Shown here: positions 59,096 through 64,000 of the stretch, piece after piece
Layout: each line of letters starts with the position of its first letter
How positions within the stretch are numbered: the first letter of the stretch is position 1
Assembly: GCA_019058315.1 (NCBI GenBank)
Contig: JAHPZH010000002.1
Coordinates: 224,001-288,000 of the forward strand
Source of the DNA: Candidatus Helarchaeota archaeon
GTDB lineage: Archaea > Asgardarchaeota > Lokiarchaeia > Helarchaeales > RDOG01
DNA length: 64,000 nucleotides
Direction of reading: 5' to 3'
Made by a program: the position numbers and the translations under genes
Notes under the pieces: generated by a model
What the model was told of the DNA's origin: nothing
Seen by the model: the letters and a program-made list of their open reading frames with translations, nothing else
Databases searched by the model: none

Positions 59096-59494
59096 GTGAG
59101 TAAAGAAAAAGAAATAAAATGGGGCATGGCACACATCTATAGCTCTTATAACAATACAATTGTTCATATCACTGATTTAAGTGGCTCTGAAACAATAGCG
59201 CGATACTCAGGTGGAATGATCGTGCGTGCGGATAGGGATGAGAGTAGTCCCTATGCTGCAATGCAAGCCGCTGCCCGTGCCGCAGCAGAAGCTCAAGAAA
59301 AAGGAATAACCGCAATTCATATCAAAGTTAGAGCCCCTGGTGGACATGGACCAAAAACTCCAGGACCGGGAGCACAAGCCGCAATTCGTGCCTTAGCAAG
59401 AGCGGGTTTACGTATAGGTAGGATTGAGGAGGTAACCCCTATTCCACATGATGGGACTCGACGCCCTGGTGGACGGCGAGGTAGAAGAGTATAA
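59096..59494 (+). CDS. rps11: 30S ribosomal protein uS11
   Basis: [43 protein letters not shown]. Confidence 0.97.
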   Translation: MSKEKEIKWGMAHIYSSYNNTIVHITDLSGSETIARYSGGMIVRADRDESSPYAAMQAAARAAAEAQEKGITAIHIKVRAPGGHGPKTPGPGAQAAIRALARAGLRIGRIEEVTPIPHDGTRRPGGRRGRRV

Positions 59495-59527
59495 TTATTA
59501 TTAAAATTTCTAATTTTGGTGTAATGT

Positions 59528-60340
59528 TTGGATATTAAAATTATTGAAAAAAATCATGAAAGTATTAAATTTATAATAGAAGACTTTGATCCCAGCTTTG
59601 TAAACGCCTTACGCCGTATTATGTTAGCCGAAGTTCCTACTTTAGCTATAGAAGATGTTTGGATTGTTGAAAATTCTAGCCCCTTATATGATGAAATTAT
59701 AGCTAAAAGATTAGGATTAATACCAATAAAGACTGATTTAGAATCATTTATATTACCAAATGAATGTTCATGTGGAGGAACGGGCTGCCCCCAATGCCAA
59801 GTGGCTTTTACTTTAAGGAAAGAAGCGATTGAAAGTGAAGGGGCAACGGTATATTCTGGAGACTTGGAATCTCAAGATCCTGAATCAGTTCCTTCGTCTG
59901 AAAAGATTCCAATTGTAAAATTAGAAAAAGGACAAAAAATAGTACTTGAAGCATATGCTAAATTAGGACTAGGAATGGACCATGCGAAGTGGCAAGCTGT
60001 GGGAACTTGTTCATTTTCATATTTACCAATAATAAATATTGACTATGAGAAATGTACAGGTTGTGGAACATGTGCTAAAGAATGTCCTCACAATTTAATT
60101 AAAATAGAAAATGATAGAATCTTCATAGAAAATATTTTAGATTGTTCTCTATGTAAGATATGTGAGAATGTCTGTGAAGAAGACGCTATAAAGATTAGTT
60201 GGAATAAAAAGAACTGTATATTTAAAGTTGAGAGTACTGGTGCTTTACCACCTGAAAGAATAGTAATAGAAGCAGCAACAATTTTAAAAAATAAAGGAAA
60301 AGAATTATTAGAAAAATTAGAAGATTTAGAAAGTTTATAA
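59528..60340 (+). CDS. rpoD: RNA polymerase subunit D (Rpo3) with ferredoxin-like insertion
   Basis: VNALRRIML.EVP, DEIIAKRLGLIP, HAKWQ, CTGCGTC...CSLCKICENVC. Confidence 0.95.
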   Translation: MDIKIIEKNHESIKFIIEDFDPSFVNALRRIMLAEVPTLAIEDVWIVENSSPLYDEIIAKRLGLIPIKTDLESFILPNECSCGGTGCPQCQVAFTLRKEAIESEGATVYSGDLESQDPESVPSSEKIPIVKLEKGQKIVLEAYAKLGLGMDHAKWQAVGTCSFSYLPIINIDYEKCTGCGTCAKECPHNLIKIENDRIFIENILDCSLCKICENVCEEDAIKISWNKKNCIFKVESTGALPPERIVIEAATILKNKGKELLEKLEDLESL

Positions 60341-60352
60341 CAAGTGATATGA

Positions 60353-60712
60353 TTGCCTAAAGTAGATATATTTAAAACTCCAAATCCAGATAAACAAGAT
60401 TTATTAAAGAAATTGTGGAGCACAAAAAGAAGAATTTGGAGAACAGTTGCAAAAAATCTATCAAAAAGAAGAAAAGATCACATTGTAGTAAATTTGGGTA
60501 GAATAAATAGATTGGTAAAACCAAATGAAACAATTGTAGTCCCAGGTAAGGTTCTTGCTACAGGAAACTTAGATAAGAAAATCATTTTAGCTGCTTATGC
60601 TTATTCTAATGATTGTGAAGAAAAAGTAAAGAAAGTTAAAGGTGAATGTATTTCTATTCAACAATTAATAGAACGAAATCCAGAAGGAAAAAATGTAAAA
60701 ATAATTGTATAA
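60353..60712 (+). CDS. rpl18e: 50S ribosomal protein eL18
   Basis: VNLGRI, VVPGKVL.TG, NPEG.NV.I. Confidence 0.93.
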   Translation: MPKVDIFKTPNPDKQDLLKKLWSTKRRIWRTVAKNLSKRRKDHIVVNLGRINRLVKPNETIVVPGKVLATGNLDKKIILAAYAYSNDCEEKVKKVKGECISIQQLIERNPEGKNVKIIV

Positions 60713-60730
60713 AAAGGAGTATTATAGATT

Positions 60731-61177
60731 TTGAAAGCTACTATAATTGATGCTGATGGACTTATATTAGGTAGACTAGCAAGTATTGTTGCAAAAAGAT
60801 TATTATTAGGGGAATATATCCAGATTGTAAATGCTGAAAAAGCAATAATATCTGGGAGGAAAAAAGAAATTATTGAAAGATATAAAAGTTGGTTAAAAAA
60901 AAGGACTGCAACAGCACCTTGGCGTGGACCACTTCATCCCAGGCGACCCGACCTTTTATTAAAGCGAACAGTTCGTGGTATGCTTCCTTGGAAGAAAGAA
61001 AGAGGAAAGGTGGCATATAAGCGATTAAAGGTCTTTATAGGAATCCCTTCTGAATTAGAAAATAAGACAATCTCAACATTTGAAGACATTAATTTGAATC
61101 ATATAAGAGGAAATTATATGAAATTAGGTGAGTTAGCTCAAGAAATTGGTTGGACACCATTAGAAAAGAGGATTTGA
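60731..61177 (+). CDS. rpl13: 50S ribosomal protein uL13
   Basis: IDA..ILGRLAS.VAK, VNAEK, RTVRGMLP. Confidence 0.95.
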   Translation: MKATIIDADGLILGRLASIVAKRLLLGEYIQIVNAEKAIISGRKKEIIERYKSWLKKRTATAPWRGPLHPRRPDLLLKRTVRGMLPWKKERGKVAYKRLKVFIGIPSELENKTISTFEDINLNHIRGNYMKLGELAQEIGWTPLEKRI

Positions 61178-61186
61178 GGTTTATTA

Positions 61187-61591
61187 ATGGTAAAAGTAGT
61201 ATTATCCTCAGGTAAGAGAAAAACAGCTATTGCAAGGGCCACAATACGTGATGGAAAAGGTAAGATTCGAATAAATAAAAAACCTCTTGAAATTTACGAG
61301 CCTGAATTTGCAAAATTAATTATTATGGAACCTCTTATCATCGCTGGGGAAAAAGTTATTGAAAAATTGGACATTAAGGTATTTGTTGAAGGAGGAGGAT
61401 TTGTAGGGCAATCTGAAGCTGTTAGAATTGCAATTGCACGTGGTTTATATAAATGGACGAATTCTGAGAAGATAAGGAAAAAATTCATTCAGTATGATCG
61501 GACCTTACTATCAGGTGATTCGAGAAGAACCGAACCAAAGAAATTTGGGGGTAGAAGTGCTAGAGCGAAAAGACAAAAAAGCTATAGATAA
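61187..61591 (+). CDS. rps9: 30S ribosomal protein uS9
   Basis: [29 protein letters not shown]. Confidence 0.96.
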   Translation: MVKVVLSSGKRKTAIARATIRDGKGKIRINKKPLEIYEPEFAKLIIMEPLIIAGEKVIEKLDIKVFVEGGGFVGQSEAVRIAIARGLYKWTNSEKIRKKFIQYDRTLLSGDSRRTEPKKFGGRSARAKRQKSYR

Positions 61592-61636
61592 TTATTATAC
61601 TCCCTTTAATTATGTTTAGACCGTAGGTGATAAATT

Positions 61637-61843
61637 GTGATAATACCCGTTAGATGTTTTACTTGTGGCAAATTAATCGCAGATAAATGGGAAATATTTA
61701 CACAAAGGATTCAACAAGAAGGAGAAAAAAATACGAACAAAATTCTGGATGATATCGGACTTAAACGTTATTGTTGTCGAAGAATGCTGATTTCTCATGT
61801 TCCCTTACTTAAACCTATAAGCGAATTTAGTCAAAAAGGTTAA
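61637..61843 (+). CDS. rpoN: RNA polymerase subunit N (Rpo10)
   Basis: MIIPVRCFTCGK ... RYCCRRM. Confidence 0.96.
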   Translation: MIIPVRCFTCGKLIADKWEIFTQRIQQEGEKNTNKILDDIGLKRYCCRRMLISHVPLLKPISEFSQKG

Positions 61844-61888
61844 CTAAAAATCTTTTTTATTAATCTATTAGTTAAGAGGGGTTAAACA

Positions 61889-62866
61889 TTGATATCTTGC
61901 ACTGCATCAGCACCGGGAAAATGTATTCTTGTTGGAGAGCATGCTGTAGTATATGGAACAAAAGCTATTGTCACTGCTTTAAATTTACGTGCATTTAGCT
62001 CTATAGAAATTATTTCTGATAAAATAATTGATATTGAGGCAATAGACTTTCAACTCCAGAAAAAATTTCCATTTATTAAAGAGACCATGTTGGATAAAAA
62101 ATTCCTTCCTTTAAAACCAATAGTAAATTGCTGTCAAATCATGATAAATAAATTTAAATTAAATAAAGGAATGAAATTAAAAATTCGGTCGGCAATACCT
62201 TCTAGCGCTGGATTGGGTTCTTCTGCTGCTGTATCTGTAGCAACAGTTAAAGCAATAGAGAGTGTTTTTGAACTAAATCTTACTAATGATGAAATTTCTC
62301 AGATTGCATTTGAAGTAGAAAAAATTGTCCATACTAGACCATCTGGGATTGACAATTTTATATGTACTCACGGCGGGTGTATTCAATATTCAAAGAAAGA
62401 ACAAATTAAAAAAATTGAGCTTCCCAAAAATTTTTCATTAATAATTTGTAATTCGGAAATACCTAGAAATACTGGAGTTTTGGTAGAAAAAGTTGCTAAA
62501 TTACATAATAAATTCCCTAATATCACAGAGAAAATCTTTGATGCAATTAATTTATTGTCGATAAAAGCACTCGAATCATTGAAAAAAGGTGATCTCGTTG
62601 AATTAGGTGAAATCTTTAATTTAAATCAAGGATTATTGGAGGCTTTGGGTGTATCAACAGCCATTCTCTCCAAATTTATTAATATTGCAAAAGAAAACGG
62701 AGCTTATGGTGCAAAACTAACTGGAGCTGGGGGAGGAGGCTGTATTATAGCTATTTCACCATCTAGTAAACAAAAAAATATTGTAGAGGCCTTAAAAAAA
62801 ATTGGTGGAGTTCCCATATTAACTGAATTTTCTCAAGATGGTGTAAAAGTGGAAGATTTAAAATAA
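61889..62866 (+). CDS. mvk: Mevalonate kinase
   Basis: APGK.IL.GEHAVVYG, P..AGLGSSAA, PSGID, KLTGAGGGG. Confidence 0.92.
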   Translation: MISCTASAPGKCILVGEHAVVYGTKAIVTALNLRAFSSIEIISDKIIDIEAIDFQLQKKFPFIKETMLDKKFLPLKPIVNCCQIMINKFKLNKGMKLKIRSAIPSSAGLGSSAAVSVATVKAIESVFELNLTNDEISQIAFEVEKIVHTRPSGIDNFICTHGGCIQYSKKEQIKKIELPKNFSLIICNSEIPRNTGVLVEKVAKLHNKFPNITEKIFDAINLLSIKALESLKKGDLVELGEIFNLNQGLLEALGVSTAILSKFINIAKENGAYGAKLTGAGGGGCIIAISPSSKQKNIVEALKKIGGVPILTEFSQDGVKVEDLK

Positions 62867-62963
62867 AAAATTTTATTAATAAAATAAGTATTAAAAAGAA
62901 AAATGAAAAGTTATTATTTAATTACTAAAGATGAAGGCTTTATGCCAGATAAAGGTAAGAAAT

Positions 62964-63332
62964 ATGTCAAAATTTATACGTTTTGAAACCCCCAAAGAAC
63001 TGCAAGATGAAGCTTTAAAAGCTTTAGAAATGGCAAGAGACACTGGAAAAGTTAAAAAAGGAACGAATGAAGCTACAAAAGCAATTGAAAGAGGAATTGC
63101 AAAATTAGTGGTAATTGCAAGCGATGTAGAACCTGCAGAAGTTGTTATGCATCTACCTCTTCTTTGTAACGAGAAAAAAGTCCCATATTTATATGTTCCA
63201 GGTAAGAGACAATTAGGTAGAGCAATAGGAATAGAGGTTCCTGCAGCAGCAGCAGCTATTACTCAACCAGGTGAAGCAGAAAAAATGATTGCAAGTATTA
63301 AGGATAAACTTAATACACTAGGTTTGAAGTAA
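62964..63332 (+). CDS. rpl7ae: Ribosomal protein L7Ae (start reassigned to ATG 62964)
   Basis: KKGTNEATKAIERG, DVEP.EV..HLP.LC.EK; SD-like AAGGT upstream of 62964. Confidence 0.95.
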   Translation: MSKFIRFETPKELQDEALKALEMARDTGKVKKGTNEATKAIERGIAKLVVIASDVEPAEVVMHLPLLCNEKKVPYLYVPGKRQLGRAIGIEVPAAAAAITQPGEAEKMIASIKDKLNTLGLK

Positions 63333-63353
63333 TAAGAGGAGATTATATAAATT

Positions 63354-63572
63354 ATGAGCGAAGAAATAGATGAAGCAATTCCCGGTGAAATAATACAACT
63401 TATTGGTAGAACTGGGATGACTGGTGAAATTTTACAAGTAAAAGTAAGAGTTTTAACAGGTCGAGATAAGGGTAGAATATTAACAAGAAATGTAAAAGGA
63501 CCACTTCGAATAGGCGATGTATTAATGATGAGAGAAACTGAACGAGAAGCTAGAAAAATAAAAGCGCCATAA
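63354..63572 (+). CDS. rps28e: 30S ribosomal protein eS28
   Basis: GRTGM.GE..QV, RNVKGP.R.GD.L...ETEREAR. Confidence 0.96.
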   Translation: MSEEIDEAIPGEIIQLIGRTGMTGEILQVKVRVLTGRDKGRILTRNVKGPLRIGDVLMMRETEREARKIKAP

Positions 63573-63592
63573 AAATATTTAGAGGATAAAAA

Positions 63593-63775
63593 ATGGTAAG
63601 AATAAGACAATGCGTTTTCTGTGGTAATGATATTGAACCTGGTACAGGAACAATGTACATAAAGTTAGATGGTAGTGTAAATTTCTATTGTACAAACAAA
63701 TGTCGTAAGAATCATTTAAAATTACGTAGAAATCCAAGAAAACTGAAATGGACAAAATTTTATAGAAAAATTTAG
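63593..63775 (+). CDS. rpl24e: 50S ribosomal protein eL24
   Basis: CVFCG.DIEPGTG, C..KC.KN, RNPRKLKWT. Confidence 0.96.
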   Translation: MVRIRQCVFCGNDIEPGTGTMYIKLDGSVNFYCTNKCRKNHLKLRRNPRKLKWTKFYRKI

Positions 63776-63790
63776 AAATAGACCGATATT

Positions 63791-64000
63791 TTATAATTTA
63801 CAAGCGTCTATAATTACATCAGTAAATATTTTTACTTTTTCTTCATCAGATGTGTAACATTCTTCTTTTAGTAATTCAATTATTTTTTTTCGAATTACAT
63901 CTTCTGTTTTTTTAGAGTTGACTAGCTCGGAACACCATTTTTGCAGTTTTTTAGAATAATTATTATCATTTAAAGACCATTTAGAAACATAATCTTTTAT
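63791..64000 (-). CDS. 3' end of a hypothetical protein (truncated by window edge)
   Basis: Open minus frame of 69 codons, IKDYVSKW...IIDACKL, ending TAA at 63791-93. Confidence 0.5.
   Translation of the reverse strand: MKDYVSKWSLNDNNYSKKLQKWCSELVNSKKTEDVIRKKIIELLKEECYTSDEEKVKIFTDVIIDACKL

Noticed and set aside
636-63610. Many short (60-125 aa) track ORFs antisense to or nested in confident genes (e.g. 636-908, 1970-2341, 15657-15998, 60088-60423, 63263-63610)
   Set aside because: Shadow frames of well-supported genes with no motifs of their own.

Overview
AT-rich archaeal chromosome segment, most likely from an Asgard archaeon (Loki/Hel-like). The basis is an archaeal ribosomal/RNAP operon, a tRNA with a 37/38 intron, and many eukaryotic-signature genes: three Rab-like and one Rag-like GTPase, roadblock, longin-like and UEV/RWD-RING proteins. 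Housekeeping and metabolic content: SRP54 3' end, a methanopterin-biosynthesis cluster, glycerol catabolism genes, TmcA, MtxX, GluRS, IorAB, a Tes-family radical SAM enzyme, a GH2 glycosidase, LplA, RtcB/archease, tRNA-Ser(UGA), glycosylation genes and the S13-S4-S11-RpoD-L18e-L13-S9-RpoN-Mvk-L7Ae-S28e-L24e block. Strongest hidden signals: (1) a 137-codon gene at 16985-17398, only partly called by the ORF track, with one in-frame TGA and a eukaryote-type SECIS hairpin directly after its stop, i.e. a candidate selenoprotein inside the glycerol locus; (2) a tandem array of OB-fold-like paralogues with a fixed framework and hypervariable loops, with a visible segmental-duplication footprint; (3) a triple-UEV/RWD + RING protein (FANCL/BRE-like architecture) in an operon with a roadblock gene; (4) a near-canonical Rab with a long Pro-rich repeat tail and zinc ribbon. 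All family calls come from motif recognition only; no searches were run.
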